Below are positions 30,211 to 40,494 of a stretch of 64,000 bases of DNA, piece after piece (within the stretch, counting starts at the first letter, position 1; the number at the start of each line of letters is the position of its first letter). This stretch comes from an uncultured archaeon (GTDB lineage: Archaea > Thermoproteota > Nitrososphaeria > Nitrososphaerales > Gagatemarchaeaceae), in NCBI GenBank assembly GCA_963799775.1, contig CAWCYD010000003.1, positions 800,001 through 864,000 on the forward strand, in the 5' to 3' direction. The position numbers were made by a program, and so were the translations under genes. The notes under the pieces were generated by a model. That model did no database searches. It was given only the letters and a program-made list of their open reading frames with translations, and was not told the DNA's origin.

Positions 30211-31373
30211 ACGTGAGATGTTCATGACAGCAACCACATCCCTGTCTGTCCATCTCTCGCACTTTTGACACCATAGCTGCCTGTAGTGTTCCTCATCTTC
30301 TCTAGATGCCACTTGGAGTCTCTCCCCGCATCGTGGACAATCCATAGTCGTACCTCGCGTCTCACTCTTGGTAAGAGTGATCACTGGCACCTTACCATCC
30401 TCCCATGCAGCCTTGTATTCGACCTGCCTCTTCAACTCGCCCCATGGAGCAGAGTTCATCCTGCCTCTGTACTCCCGTCCCTGCCCATTCCCCTTGCGAT
30501 AGAGGTTCCTGATGTCTTTGATGTCCTCGAAGACGATCGCCTGACGGTTCTCACTGGCCCTGGAGACGATGTCCTTTGAGACGCGATGCAGAATTTGGTT
30601 CACCCTTTCCTTACGCCTTTTACCATACTTCTCGAAGATCTTCTTTCTGATTCTCACGTCATTCCTCTTGAAGGAGCCGACGATGCTCCTCGTGTTATGC
30701 GCTATCTCGACTGCCTTTGAGATGTCATAGTGGATGACCCGCTCTTCATCTCCGACTGTGATGTTTCTCAGGTTTCTGTCGACCCCGACGAACCCATTGA
30801 CTTCAATTTCATGCCCTTGCTTGTCAGTCTGCTTCGCCACGCACAGTGACAAAGAATCGCCTGTCAATGTGAAGGAGCGGACGGTCACCCGCGGCTTTTG
30901 CGATAATGCCTCGAGCGTGTGCGCGTTGAGAGATATCTTCTCGAATTGGCGTTCGCCGACTGGTATGAGCAGGAAGCCATCTGTCATCTTGAACCCGTAG
31001 CACGAGACGAGGACGGGTCTTGAGACGTACGGATCCTTTGTTCGAAACCCTCTCCTCATCGATTTCCGTCTGGCTGCTAGTATGCCAGCTGCCTTGGATA
31101 TCGCGCAAAGGGTGATTCCGGAGTACCCACCATGGCGGGCCCTGAGCTCTTTGTAGGCAAGAAGCGAGAGCTTCTTCATCGAGGGAGTCCTACCTTCATT
31201 GTTCTGCCGCTCGAATTCTAGTCCGATTCGGATGCAGTCGTTGGTCATCTGGCGGAAGTTCTCCATCAGAGATAGGAGGTTGGGGTTCGGCTCTACGGCT
31301 AACCTTTGCCTGATTGATTTCCTTACGACGGACCTGCGACAACGCGCCAATAATTTGGCTGACTACTTAACCG
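30037..31373 (-). mobile_element. Transposase-less TnpB element B (Cas12f-like clade)
   Basis: Left motif ATGGG|CGGTTAAGTAG; right end GTTAGGT..ACCTAAC hairpin then AGAAC(C). Confidence 0.75.
30043..31350 (-). CDS. tnpB: RNA-guided endonuclease TnpB
   Basis: RuvC GVDRN / IVFED / RDVVAVMNI; CPRC..CQKC. Confidence 0.92.
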   Translation of the reverse strand: MARCRRSVVRKSIRQRLAVEPNPNLLSLMENFRQMTNDCIRIGLEFERQNNEGRTPSMKKLSLLAYKELRARHGGYSGITLCAISKAAGILAARRKSMRRGFRTKDPYVSRPVLVSCYGFKMTDGFLLIPVGERQFEKISLNAHTLEALSQKPRVTVRSFTLTGDSLSLCVAKQTDKQGHEIEVNGFVGVDRNLRNITVGDEERVIHYDISKAVEIAHNTRSIVGSFKRNDVRIRKKIFEKYGKRRKERVNQILHRVSKDIVSRASENRQAIVFEDIKDIRNLYRKGNGQGREYRGRMNSAPWGELKRQVEYKAAWEDGKVPVITLTKSETRGTTMDCPRCGERLQVASREDEEHYRQLWCQKCERWTDRDVVAVMNISRRGRLRFDRSQGEAVEAVKGNPLKEWSSQQEEPVILRVDASKLGTNGFAEMLVQRT

Positions 31374-31458
31374 CCCATACACTTGTTCCAGGTCCATAGA
31401 ACTTGACGGAACTTTCCAAAGGCAATCCATATACGCCCGAGGGAGGATTTCAGCCCCC

Positions 31459-31641
31459 ATGCGGCACTCCGTCCGCGTGCTCCTGGTGGGAGTCGCCCTC
31501 CTGCTCGGGGCCCTGGCGAGCGACCTCATAGGCTCAAACCTCCAGATCCTCGGGGTGCTCGTGATCTCGTTCGCGCTCGCTGTCGCGGGCGCCATTGTCG
31601 CCATGAGGGGCATGCTGGAGTTCTTCGGCGACGTATTCTAG
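31459..31641 (+). CDS. Small two-TM hypothetical protein
   Basis: 60 aa hydrophobic ORF with a TATA-like CATATA ~25 bp upstream. Confidence 0.6.
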   Translation: MRHSVRVLLVGVALLLGALASDLIGSNLQILGVLVISFALAVAGAIVAMRGMLEFFGDVF

Positions 31642-32613
31642 TAGAGCCAGCACGCGGTCCAATGCCCAGGCTCGATCTCCTTGAGCTGGGGCTCGTTCGT
31701 CTTGCACGTCTCCATGACGAACGGGCACCTCGGATGGAACTTGCAGCCGGACGGGTGCTCTGTCGAGAGGGCGAGATCGCCCTTGACGTTTATCTTCCTG
31801 GAGACGTCCTTGAGGCTCGGGTCGATCGTCGGAGAGGCCTGGAGGAGCGCCTGCGTGTAAGGGTGCAACGGCCTGTCGATCACCCTGGCCGCGGGGCCGA
31901 TCTCCGCAATCTTGCCCAGGTACATGACGGCGATGCGGTTCGCCGCTACCCTCGCGACCGCCATCTCGTGGGTGATGAAGAGGAACGCGGTCCCTCTCTC
32001 CTTGGCCTCCCTCTCGAATATGTGGAGGATGTCGCCTTTGAGGGAGGCGTCGAGCATAGAGACGGGCTCGTCTGCGACGACGACCGCCGGATTGAAGATC
32101 AGGCCCTAGCTATTCCGATCCTCTGTCTTTGGCCGCCAGACAATTGGAAGACGTAGCGGGTGAGGAGCTCCTCAGGAAGGCCGACACGCGTGAACACCTC
32201 GTGGATAAGACGGGAGATCTCCTCCGCCTTCTTCACTCCCTGAGACTGGAGCGGTATGCGTAGGGTGTCGTACACCCTCATGTTGGGGTCGATGGAGGAG
32301 AATGGGTCTTGGAAGATCATCTGGAGCCGCCTGCGGAGCTGCTTCCATTGTTTGCCCTTGGCCTTGCCCACGTCAATCTCCTGACCGCCGTCGAAGAGGG
32401 TGATCTTGCCAGAGGACAGCGCAGAGAGCCCGATCGCCGTCCTGCCAAGAGTGGTCTTGCCCGACCCGCTCTCACCGACGAGAGCGACGATCTCGCCCTT
32501 CCCCACCTCCAAAGAGACGCCGTCCACCGCCTTGACGACTTTAGCCTCCTCGAGGAGCCTCTTCTTTGTGAAGAAGACTTTCGCGTCCTCGATCTTCAGC
32601 ACTGTCTCCCTAG
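31638..32613 (-). CDS. Oligopeptide ABC ATPase OppF/DppF-like (frameshift ~32100)
   Basis: GESGSGKTT, FQDP, LSGGQRQR; C-terminal GCKFHPRCP...ACW. Confidence 0.9.
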
Positions 32614-33566
32614 TATAGCCAGCAAGCAACTCTCTCTCGTCCTACCCCCTTCAATTCGGGCATCTGTTTGCAGACCTCCATCGCGAACGGACATCGAGGC
32701 ATGAACCTGCACCCCGGGGGGAGGTTCGCCAAGTCCGGAAGGAACCCGGGGATGCCCTTGATCTCGTTACTGGTGAGCGTCGGGGTCGATCCCGAGCAGG
32801 CCCTGGCTGTAGGGATGCTTGGGTTTGGCGAAGAAGTCAGACGACGCCCCCTCCTCGACGACACCGCCCGCGTACATCACGTAGAGCCTGTCGACCGCCT
32901 CGGAGATCAGGGCCAGGTCGTGGGTGATGAGCAGGATCGAGATACCCAGGTCTTTCCTCAGCGCCTTCAGGAGGTTCATGATGTGGACCTGAGTGATCAC
33001 GTCCAGCGCCGTGGTGGGCTCGTCTGCGACCAGCACCTCGGGCTCTAGGGCGAGGGCCATCGCGATGAACGCTCTCTGCTTCTGACCTCCCGAGAGCTCG
33101 TGAGGATACCTCCTCGCGATCGTCTCGTCCAGCTCGACGAGCTCTAGCTGTTCGCGCACCACCTTGTCCGTCCCCTCCTTCCCGTGGAGGTTCAAGACCT
33201 CCTTGATCTGCGAGCCTATCGTGAAGACCGGGGTGAAGCCGTTCATGGACCCCTGGAAGACCATGGCCATCTTCTTCCACCGATACTCTCGCCTGAACTT
33301 GTCCTCGTCTAGCTTCAAGATGTCCGTCCCCTGGAAGAGAGCCTGGCCGGCGACCACCTTCCCTGGCGGTGTCAGGAGGCGGAGAAGGCCCAGGGCGAGG
33401 GTGCTCTTCCCCGCGCCGCTCTCTCCGACGATTCCGACTATCTCGTGCTCGTCCAAGCTTAGGTCGACGTTGTCGACGGCCTTGACATCGCCCCGGGAGG
33501 TCGGAAAGTAGATGCTGAGGCCTTTGGCTTCTAAGAGGATGGTTTCTCGGACCTCGATGTGTTCAT
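32610..33566 (-). CDS. Oligopeptide ABC ATPase OppD/DppD-like (frameshift ~32790)
   Basis: GESGAGKST, YPHELSGGQKQR, ADEPTTALD and GCRFMPRCP. Confidence 0.9.
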
Positions 33567-34945
33567 TTCGCATTGACCCGCGGGGCAACTATCCTGTCCA
33601 GGGCGAACCCCACAAGGACGAACGGGACGGCGACGACCACTATCATGAGTCCGGGGAAAAGCACCCACCACCACCAACCGAATAAGGCTGCCTCCTGGAT
33701 GAACGCGTCGTCAAGGATCCCGCCCCATGTGACGACGTTCGCGGGGGCGATGCCTAGGAACGCCAGCGTCTGGGCGAGCAGGATCCCAGCAGGGATCCCG
33801 AGGACCGTGTACGCGATCGAGACGGGCGTGAGCCTGGGCATGAAGTGCGTGAAGAACGTGCGGAAGGAGGAGATGCCCATCGCCTTGTCGGCCTCCACGT
33901 AGGTCTGCGACTTTACCGACAATGCCACAGACCGGGCGATGATGGCGTAGAACGGCCAAGAGAGTGCCGCGATGAGGAGCGCCTCGACAAGGAGAGACAG
34001 GGACACGCTGTAGGAGAGGGCGACGATGAATGGAAGGGCCGGAAGGGCCAGGAAGACGAGTGTCACCCATTGCATGACGCCATCCTTCCTTCCTCCTATG
34101 AACCCTGAGATGCCTCCGAAGACGACGCCGAAGAGCACCCCGACCACGGAGGTCACGGCGCCCAGCTCCAGGGCGTAAGGTAGGCCCAGGAGCATGCCAA
34201 GCTGGATCGGCCTGCCATAGAGGTCCGTCCCCATCAGGCCGAAAGAGTCTCCGTTTATCGTCACGGTGGTCGCCTTTGCGTTGACGGTCACAGGGGCGCT
34301 GCTGACCAGGTCGATCCTGACGTGGTAGGTCCCGTGTAGTACAGGGTTGGTCAGAAGTTGAGGGCCGTCTTGGTTGAACAACGCCCTGAGCTCTTGCAGC
34401 GACGAGACCGTCGCGAGAGGATAGCCCTGCTGGGATTGGATGAACTGTTGCACCCACTGCAGGATGGTCGGGTCCGAGACGTCGTAGCCGGTCCCAGACG
34501 AGGGATCCGATATGTAGATGACCGCTCGGACGCCGTCGGGTTTGGCCCAGGTGACCTCGGCCTCGAGCAGCGACCCCGAGAACTGCGGGACGAACCGTAG
34601 GTCAGTGGGAATCTTTGCCGACGACCACTGGAAGGTGTAACTCCCGCTGTAGTTGTAGGTCGAGGACCCCTGCGGGGAGGCGTTAGTCCAAGTCGTGCTA
34701 GGGAGGTCTATCGTTGGAGAGACGTCCTCGCCAAGGTAGGCGACCCAGGTCGGGGGGGCCTTCGCAGGGTTGGCCTGCCACGACTTTGGATTGTTCCAGG
34801 TGCTTGAGATGTTGGGTGGATAGGAGACGAGGGCGAAGACGGAGAGGCCTATGAGTATGACAAGGAGGACGAGGCCGGCCATGCCCGATCTGGACTTTGA
34901 GAACTCTCTGAGATAGCTGGTCTTTCCACTCAACCAATGCCTCAC
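33563..34945 (-). CDS. Peptide ABC permease (OppC-like) with large extracellular loop; start approximate
   Basis: MGTDLYGR, YVEA..AMG and WWWVLFPG. Confidence 0.88.
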   Translation of the reverse strand: MRHWLSGKTSYLREFSKSRSGMAGLVLLVILIGLSVFALVSYPPNISSTWNNPKSWQANPAKAPPTWVAYLGEDVSPTIDLPSTTWTNASPQGSSTYNYSGSYTFQWSSAKIPTDLRFVPQFSGSLLEAEVTWAKPDGVRAVIYISDPSSGTGYDVSDPTILQWVQQFIQSQQGYPLATVSSLQELRALFNQDGPQLLTNPVLHGTYHVRIDLVSSAPVTVNAKATTVTINGDSFGLMGTDLYGRPIQLGMLLGLPYALELGAVTSVVGVLFGVVFGGISGFIGGRKDGVMQWVTLVFLALPALPFIVALSYSVSLSLLVEALLIAALSWPFYAIIARSVALSVKSQTYVEADKAMGISSFRTFFTHFMPRLTPVSIAYTVLGIPAGILLAQTLAFLGIAPANVVTWGGILDDAFIQEAALFGWWWWVLFPGLMIVVVAVPFVLVGFALDRIVAPRVNAK

Positions 34946-35994
34946 CCTGACTTTATGCGCGGATCCAGGAGACCATACATCATCTCCCCGAGATACAGCC
35001 CGAGCAGCAGTATTATCGTGAGAACGAACGTAGACGCTATGATGACCGGCAGGTCGTTCACGAGTATCGAGTCGTAGGTCAGGAGACCGAGCCCGGGCCA
35101 TCTGAAGACGACCTCGACGGTGATCGCGCCGCCGAAGGACCCAGCGACAGCGAGGACAGCCTGCGTAGCGATGCTGGGCGAGACGGTCCTAAGCACGTGC
35201 CCGAAGAGGAGCCTGTTCTCCGAGATACCCCGAGCCCTTGCGGTGAGGACAAAGTCCTCGCCCATCGTGGAGACTACGAGGCTCCGGATCACGTACGCGA
35301 ATCCGCCGACATTGACGACGAAGAAAGCGGCAAGAGGGAGGGCAAGGTGGTCCAGAAAGTCACCGAAGTGCCCCAAGAGCCCCGGCGGAGGAGGGACAGA
35401 TATTATCCCTCCCGAGGGGAAGAGGTTGAGCGAGTACGCAAAGAAGGCTATGAAGAGGAAACCTACCCACCAAATAGGGAGGCTCGAGTGGAACACTGCG
35501 ATGAAGGGGATCGACCTGTCAAGCTTGCCGCCGGTCGACTTGGCAGCGAAGAGCCCTATGACGCTCCCTGCGAAGACCACCAGGAGCGTCCCGGTGGTGA
35601 AGAGCAAGATGGTGTTCGGTAGATAGGCCGCGATGATGTTCGAGACGACGTTTGACCCGTTGGGGGCGAGCTCGAAGAAAGAGTTTCCAAACTGGAACGT
35701 GAACAGGTGATACAGCTGGAGGACGAACTTAACTGGGAGCGGCTGGCTGAACCCAAACTGCCCGAGGAAGTTGGCCTTGTACGAGGCCACCAGCCCCTGC
35801 ACCTGAGCCTGGCTGAGGCTTCCGTGGGAAGCCTTCACGAGCGACTGCTGATAGGTCTGTGCCAGGCTCGCGGCCTGGTCAATGATCACCTTCTGCAGCG
35901 CTGGGTAGATCCCAACGTAGAGGATCGACACGGTGGCGACTAGGGCCGCGGCGTATGAAATCGACTTTACGAGGACGAACCTCTTGTAAGTCAA
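34942..35994 (-). CDS. Peptide ABC permease (OppB-like)
   Basis: LPNTILL, DFVLTARARG, EVVFRWPGLG and LDPRI. Confidence 0.92.
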   Translation of the reverse strand: MTYKRFVLVKSISYAAALVATVSILYVGIYPALQKVIIDQAASLAQTYQQSLVKASHGSLSQAQVQGLVASYKANFLGQFGFSQPLPVKFVLQLYHLFTFQFGNSFFELAPNGSNVVSNIIAAYLPNTILLFTTGTLLVVFAGSVIGLFAAKSTGGKLDRSIPFIAVFHSSLPIWWVGFLFIAFFAYSLNLFPSGGIISVPPPPGLLGHFGDFLDHLALPLAAFFVVNVGGFAYVIRSLVVSTMGEDFVLTARARGISENRLLFGHVLRTVSPSIATQAVLAVAGSFGGAITVEVVFRWPGLGLLTYDSILVNDLPVIIASTFVLTIILLLGLYLGEMMYGLLDPRIKSG

Positions 35995-36130
35995 CCAAGA
36001 TTCTGAAGGCCTGGGCGGGATTTAATCGTATCTCATGGAGAAATACGATGGAGCGGGAGCGCGTGGATCAGAAAATCGTAGGATGGGACCGGCTCTATTG
36101 GGCCTGGTCCCCTGCTGCGCTTTGAGGCCT

Positions 36131-38839
36131 CTAGACCTTTCGGCGCCGGCTGAACAGGAAGCCCGCGGCCACGATGACGATGAGTACGACCACTCCGATT
36201 CCGATGTATAGGGTCGTGTTGCTGCTACTCGTTGTCGTGGATGTCGTGCTGGTCGTCGATGAGCTCCCTGTCGAGCTGCTCGTCGACGAGCCACTCGAGG
36301 AAGTGGACGAGCCCGCCGTGATGGTGATCGAGGTCACGTACGGCTTTATCAGCTTCGAGGTCGGAGAGTCCGCCAAGACGGAGAGCGTGTATTGCGCTGC
36401 CGCCAGACTGTTCGGCAACTTGACCGTCGTCACTCCGTTGGATCCGGTGAGGTACGAGTTGCTGAAGACGACCTTTCCACCTGCTACCAACTGGACGAAG
36501 ATCGTCGCGTTGTTCGCCGGGACGGACTTCGTCGGCTGTCCGTCGGGGGCCTGGAGCGCGGTCACGTTGAACGAGCCGCCTGCGGTCAGGGTTGGCGGTG
36601 GTGTAGCCAGCGCTGTGATGACGACAGGAGAGGCCCATACGTCGGGATTCCCGATGCTACCCGCGTTGAAGCCAGGGTTCGGCTTCATGACGAGGTAGGC
36701 GGGTGAGGAGGACGCAGAGTACTGCGAGATGTAGAACGCCCCGTCGCTCATGACACCCACGCCGTTCGTGTTGATGAAGTTGATCGCCGCTTGGTATCCA
36801 GCGGATGCGGTCGAGGCGGTCACCCAGCTCTGTCCGGTCATCGACTGTAGCTGTGTGATCTCCACCGGCACCGTCGAGCCAGCAGCTGTGAGCGCCGCTT
36901 TCACGTTAGCGACGTCGGTCGGGTTCAAGAGGCTCAGCCAGGAGATCTTGTTCGTGGTCGCCGTCCCGGTCGAGAAGGCAGCCTGCCCGCTTGTGACGAC
37001 CTGGTTCATCGCGACATACAGCTGCCAAGGCTCCATCCCGGCGCCGTCCACCTGGCCCGAGAAGCCAAGAGGCGAGAGGACGTCGGCTATCACTCCGTAG
37101 GCAGCGAAGTTGGCGTCGGGGAAGTAGGTCCCGGTGGTGTAGATCTCGAGCGATGTCGAGTTCAGCACCTTGAAGCCTACCACCTGCGATGACTCTACCG
37201 AGTAGAGACCGTGCTCCTGGCCAGTGTCGTATAATGGACTGCCCTTCGTGACCACGCGCTGCATCTCGATGTATTGCCACAGCATGTCGGCCAGCGTGAC
37301 CGGCTGGCCGTCAGCCCAAGTCGTGTGGCTGAGGTAGGGCGCCATGTTGACCGTCACGTCGTTCTGTGCCATTGCGCCAGAGGCGACTGTCGCCCAGCTG
37401 TCGGAGCTCCCGTTGAACCATATGGCGCTGGAAGGCACGGGGACATTGCCGCTGAAGGAGTTCGCGTTGTCAGTGAATTTCATCCCTGTCGAGTAGGGGT
37501 ATCCTGTAGACGGACCGTAGGCAAAGATCGGGAGCTGACCCGCTGCCTGCATAGAGTCAGAATATGCGTCGTTGTCTCCGCCTACCGGGTTCACCGCCCC
37601 GTTCGTGATGTGCCGGACGCCCATCTTCAGGGCGTTCGCCGTCCCTGAGGCGTCAGAACTTGAGGTCGACATTGTGATGTAGTTCTGGTAGTTGCCGAAC
37701 GGGTCGGTAAGGAAGTTCGTCGTCACGCCGGAGACGGCTGAAGACGCCGCGTATGGCGCCAAGGACGTCCCGAGTGTGATGTAGGTCGCTCCGAGGACGC
37801 CGTAATAGGTCAGGTTGCTCAAGAGAGCGTTCCTCTGGGCGAGCGAGCTGAAGTTCGACTGGAGGAGGGGAATCGCGTATGTGTCGGCCTTGTTGTAAAG
37901 GTTGGTCGATGCCTGCTCCTGGGTAGTGTTGTCCCATCCGCCGATCCAGTTCGGACCGTAAGAGTCGGAGGCCGGCAGGTCGTCGTAGTAGCCTGCTGAA
38001 TAGAAGTTCAGCGCGTTGCTGTCAAAGTATCCCCAGATCTGGGAATTCGACGCAGGGTAGATGTCCCATGTCGCGTTCGCGGGGTCACCGCCGAACACGA
38101 CACTCTCCGCCGTCGAGAGCGTCCCCGTTATCTGGTTGGTCGCGAAGCCCAATTTTTGGAGCTGGGTCTGCAGATACTGCATGAAGGCCTGCCTGATCGG
38201 GTCGTCAGTCCTGATGAACAGGTTTACCGTGACAGGCTTACCTTCCCACGTGTATCCGCCGGTGTGGCTGTAGGTTACGCCGTTCTTCGTCAGCGTGTTA
38301 TAGATGGTCTGGTTCGCGTACGCGAAGTTCAGGGTCACGTTAGAGAAAGGCGCTACTCCCGCCGCCACTACGGAGCTGTCTGGCTCTGCGCATACGGCGG
38401 CCACGCACTGGATGAAGTTGCCACCGTTGATAGTCTGACCAAAGTAGTTCCTATCGATCACGTAGTTGAGGGCGAACCTCACCGACTGGTAGTAAAACGG
38501 ATTGTAACAATGGCACGCTCCTCCTGTGGTGTTCTGCGGGTTGACGTAGATACCATAGATTGAGGCGGGCGCCACGTACTGACTGTAGCTCGACGGTAGT
38601 CCCGTGCTTGCCGCCGGAGTCAGGGCAAAGTCGTAAGCATCGATCTTGTTGGCCTGCAAGTCAGCCACGCCAGATGCGTCGTTACCACCATAGTCGATGA
38701 AAGTAATGGAATTAAGAGTGGGCTTTGCGGGACCACTCGCCGAGTAAGCCATCTTCACCAGCGGGAGTGCGCTGAGCAGGAAGAGGAGGACTAAAACTAT
38801 AGGCAGTACCTTCTTGGTCCTTCCGGATGCCTTGAACAT
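36131..38839 (-). CDS. Family-5 extracellular solute-binding protein with Ser/Thr linker and C-terminal TM anchor
   Basis: NPF...VRFALNY.IDR, IRTDDPIR, WADGQPVT; S/T-rich stalk then TM plus RRRK. Confidence 0.9.
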   Translation of the reverse strand: MFKASGRTKKVLPIVLVLLFLLSALPLVKMAYSASGPAKPTLNSITFIDYGGNDASGVADLQANKIDAYDFALTPAASTGLPSSYSQYVAPASIYGIYVNPQNTTGGACHCYNPFYYQSVRFALNYVIDRNYFGQTINGGNFIQCVAAVCAEPDSSVVAAGVAPFSNVTLNFAYANQTIYNTLTKNGVTYSHTGGYTWEGKPVTVNLFIRTDDPIRQAFMQYLQTQLQKLGFATNQITGTLSTAESVVFGGDPANATWDIYPASNSQIWGYFDSNALNFYSAGYYDDLPASDSYGPNWIGGWDNTTQEQASTNLYNKADTYAIPLLQSNFSSLAQRNALLSNLTYYGVLGATYITLGTSLAPYAASSAVSGVTTNFLTDPFGNYQNYITMSTSSSDASGTANALKMGVRHITNGAVNPVGGDNDAYSDSMQAAGQLPIFAYGPSTGYPYSTGMKFTDNANSFSGNVPVPSSAIWFNGSSDSWATVASGAMAQNDVTVNMAPYLSHTTWADGQPVTLADMLWQYIEMQRVVTKGSPLYDTGQEHGLYSVESSQVVGFKVLNSTSLEIYTTGTYFPDANFAAYGVIADVLSPLGFSGQVDGAGMEPWQLYVAMNQVVTSGQAAFSTGTATTNKISWLSLLNPTDVANVKAALTAAGSTVPVEITQLQSMTGQSWVTASTASAGYQAAINFINTNGVGVMSDGAFYISQYSASSSPAYLVMKPNPGFNAGSIGNPDVWASPVVITALATPPPTLTAGGSFNVTALQAPDGQPTKSVPANNATIFVQLVAGGKVVFSNSYLTGSNGVTTVKLPNSLAAAQYTLSVLADSPTSKLIKPYVTSITITAGSSTSSSGSSTSSSTGSSSTTSTTSTTTSSSNTTLYIGIGVVVLIVIVAAGFLFSRRRKV

Positions 38840-38932
38840 TGCCCGTCCTTTTGGAAAACGGCTATTTTAACTTGACATTCTCTGGGCACTATAGCGCACT
38901 GTAGGAGACATTGAGGGAGGGCAGCGCTCGAC

Positions 38933-39238
38933 CTATGCCTCGGGCCACGTCGACTGTCTTGGGCCTTTGAGGATGCTCAACGCATAGACTCCATCGACGA
39001 CGATGAGGACCAGGAGGACGACCTGCTGCCAGTCGACGCTCAGTATCCCGGGGATGTGGGTGGTCCCGTTGGTCGCAGAGGTGATGAAGAATAGAGGGTA
39101 GCGGACCATGTCGGGCGCGAAACCCTCGTGCTGCAAGTAGGCGATCCGCAGGCCGTAGTTCTCGGTTATCAGCACGAAGATCGCGATGAGGAACACGTTC
39201 GCGACGACGGCCTCCAGCAGGGGAAGCAGCTTCATCCG
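38933..39238 (-). CDS. Hypothetical membrane protein; start approximate
   Basis: Two TM segments; ..GILSVDWQQV. Confidence 0.55.
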   Translation of the reverse strand, partial: RMKLLPLLEAVVANVFLIAIFVLITENYGLRIAYLQHEGFAPDMVRYPLFFITSATNGTTHIPGILSVDWQQVVLLVLIVVDGVYALSILKGPRQSTWPEA

Positions 39239-39326
39239 CGAAGCCGGCCACCGAACCCCTTCTAAAGAGTTAGGCGGATGGAGCCCCAACCCTTAACAAT
39301 CTCAGACAGGCGACCCAGCGAATCTC

Positions 39327-39959
39327 TTGCAGCTCTCGAAGAACGCCAGCAGGGGGCTCACCTACGTCCTGGTGGTCGTCGTGATCGTGGTCGCGGCGCA
39401 GCTCGTCGTGGGGAGCGCTCTCGGCTCGTCGCCGGTCTACGTGGTCGTGAGCAAGAGCATGGTGCCCACGCTCCAGATCGGCGATCTGGTCATCACGCAG
39501 AGCGTCAAGTTCAGCGACATCCATGTCGGTCAGGTCATAGTCTTCGTAAACCCGACCCCCGAGGGGAACTGCCCGAACCCCTCGGGCCTCACCGTCGTCC
39601 ACAGGGTGGTCGAGATAACGGGCAGCGGGCTGATCACGCAGGGAGACGACAGGGTCACCAATCCACGACCTGACGAGCCCGACTCGTGGCCCCCTATACC
39701 GCCGCAGTGCGTCAAGGGGGTCGTGGTCCTCGCCGTCCCGTACCTGGGATTGATCTCGATGCTAATCCCATACCCGTGGAACTACGCCCTCGTAGGGCTG
39801 ATACTCATTTTCGTGTTCCTCTCTGAGCTTAGGCCTGCCCCAGGGCAAGAGAGACAGGGAACCGAACAGGGCGCCGGCGCGAAGGCTGAGTCTAGTGGGA
39901 GTGGGCTACAGGGGCCTGGGGAGCTGTCTCCGCGTCGCGGGACCTCTCCGCTTCCATGA
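39327..39959 (+). CDS. Signal peptidase I (S26B, Sec11-type)
   Basis: VVSKSMVPTLQIGDL, VVHRV, TQGD and VPYLG. Confidence 0.9.
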   Translation: MQLSKNASRGLTYVLVVVVIVVAAQLVVGSALGSSPVYVVVSKSMVPTLQIGDLVITQSVKFSDIHVGQVIVFVNPTPEGNCPNPSGLTVVHRVVEITGSGLITQGDDRVTNPRPDEPDSWPPIPPQCVKGVVVLAVPYLGLISMLIPYPWNYALVGLILIFVFLSELRPAPGQERQGTEQGAGAKAESSGSGLQGPGELSPRRGTSPLP

Positions 39960-40257
39960 GCCTCTTTGCGAACCACATGCTTATCACCACTGTCGCGATG
40001 GTGAGGGTGACCCAAGCGGGGATGAAGACCCAGGCGAAGGACGTCGACGTGCTCGCGACGATGGTCCCTCCCCGGGCGAACAGAGCGACCCCCCAGGTCA
40101 AGACAGCGAAACCGATCATCACGAGCGTTAACAGCAATAGCCTCTTTGGAGAGGACTTGTACGAGATTCCGTGCATCCCGGATTGGCTTTGAGAGTCTGA
40201 CAAGGACTTCCTTTCTCCTCTCTCGAACCCCCAGCCGTTGTCGGATTTAATGTTCAC
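39892..40257 (-). CDS. Hypothetical two-TM protein
   Basis: Hydrophobic helices; convergent overlap with the signal peptidase. Confidence 0.5.
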   Translation of the reverse strand: MNIKSDNGWGFERGERKSLSDSQSQSGMHGISYKSSPKRLLLLTLVMIGFAVLTWGVALFARGGTIVASTSTSFAWVFIPAWVTLTIATVVISMWFAKRLMEAERSRDAETAPQAPVAHSH

Positions 40258-40308
40258 GCTCAGAAATCGACGACGGTGCTTTTATACCCATTATATAGTC
40301 CAGCCGCT

Positions 40309-40481
40309 CGGCCGGACCAGTTCCCCGGCCTTGTCTTCAGGCTGAAGACCCCCAAGACAGCGACGCTGATATTCAGCTCGGGGAAGATGGTCTGCACGGG
40401 AGCGAAGAGGGAGAGCGAGGTTTCAGGGCCGTGAACAACCTCCACGTGCTTCTCGAAGAGAAGAACCTGATGATCTACTAG
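40309..40481 (+). pseudogene. tbp: TATA-binding protein remnant (single fused repeat, no start codon)
   Basis: PDQFPGLVFRLKTPKTATLIFSSGKMVCTGAKRESEV, then after a frameshift RAVNNLHVLLEEKNLMIY*; not in the ORF track. Confidence 0.85.
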
Positions 40482-40494
40482 ATCCGCCTATCAC

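Noticed and set aside
31447-31461. Second ATGGGGGCTGAAAT motif as the left end of element B
   Set aside because: It overlaps the start codon of the neighbouring gene and lies ~105 bp from tnpB; the proximal motif at 31373 fits the spacing of the other copies.
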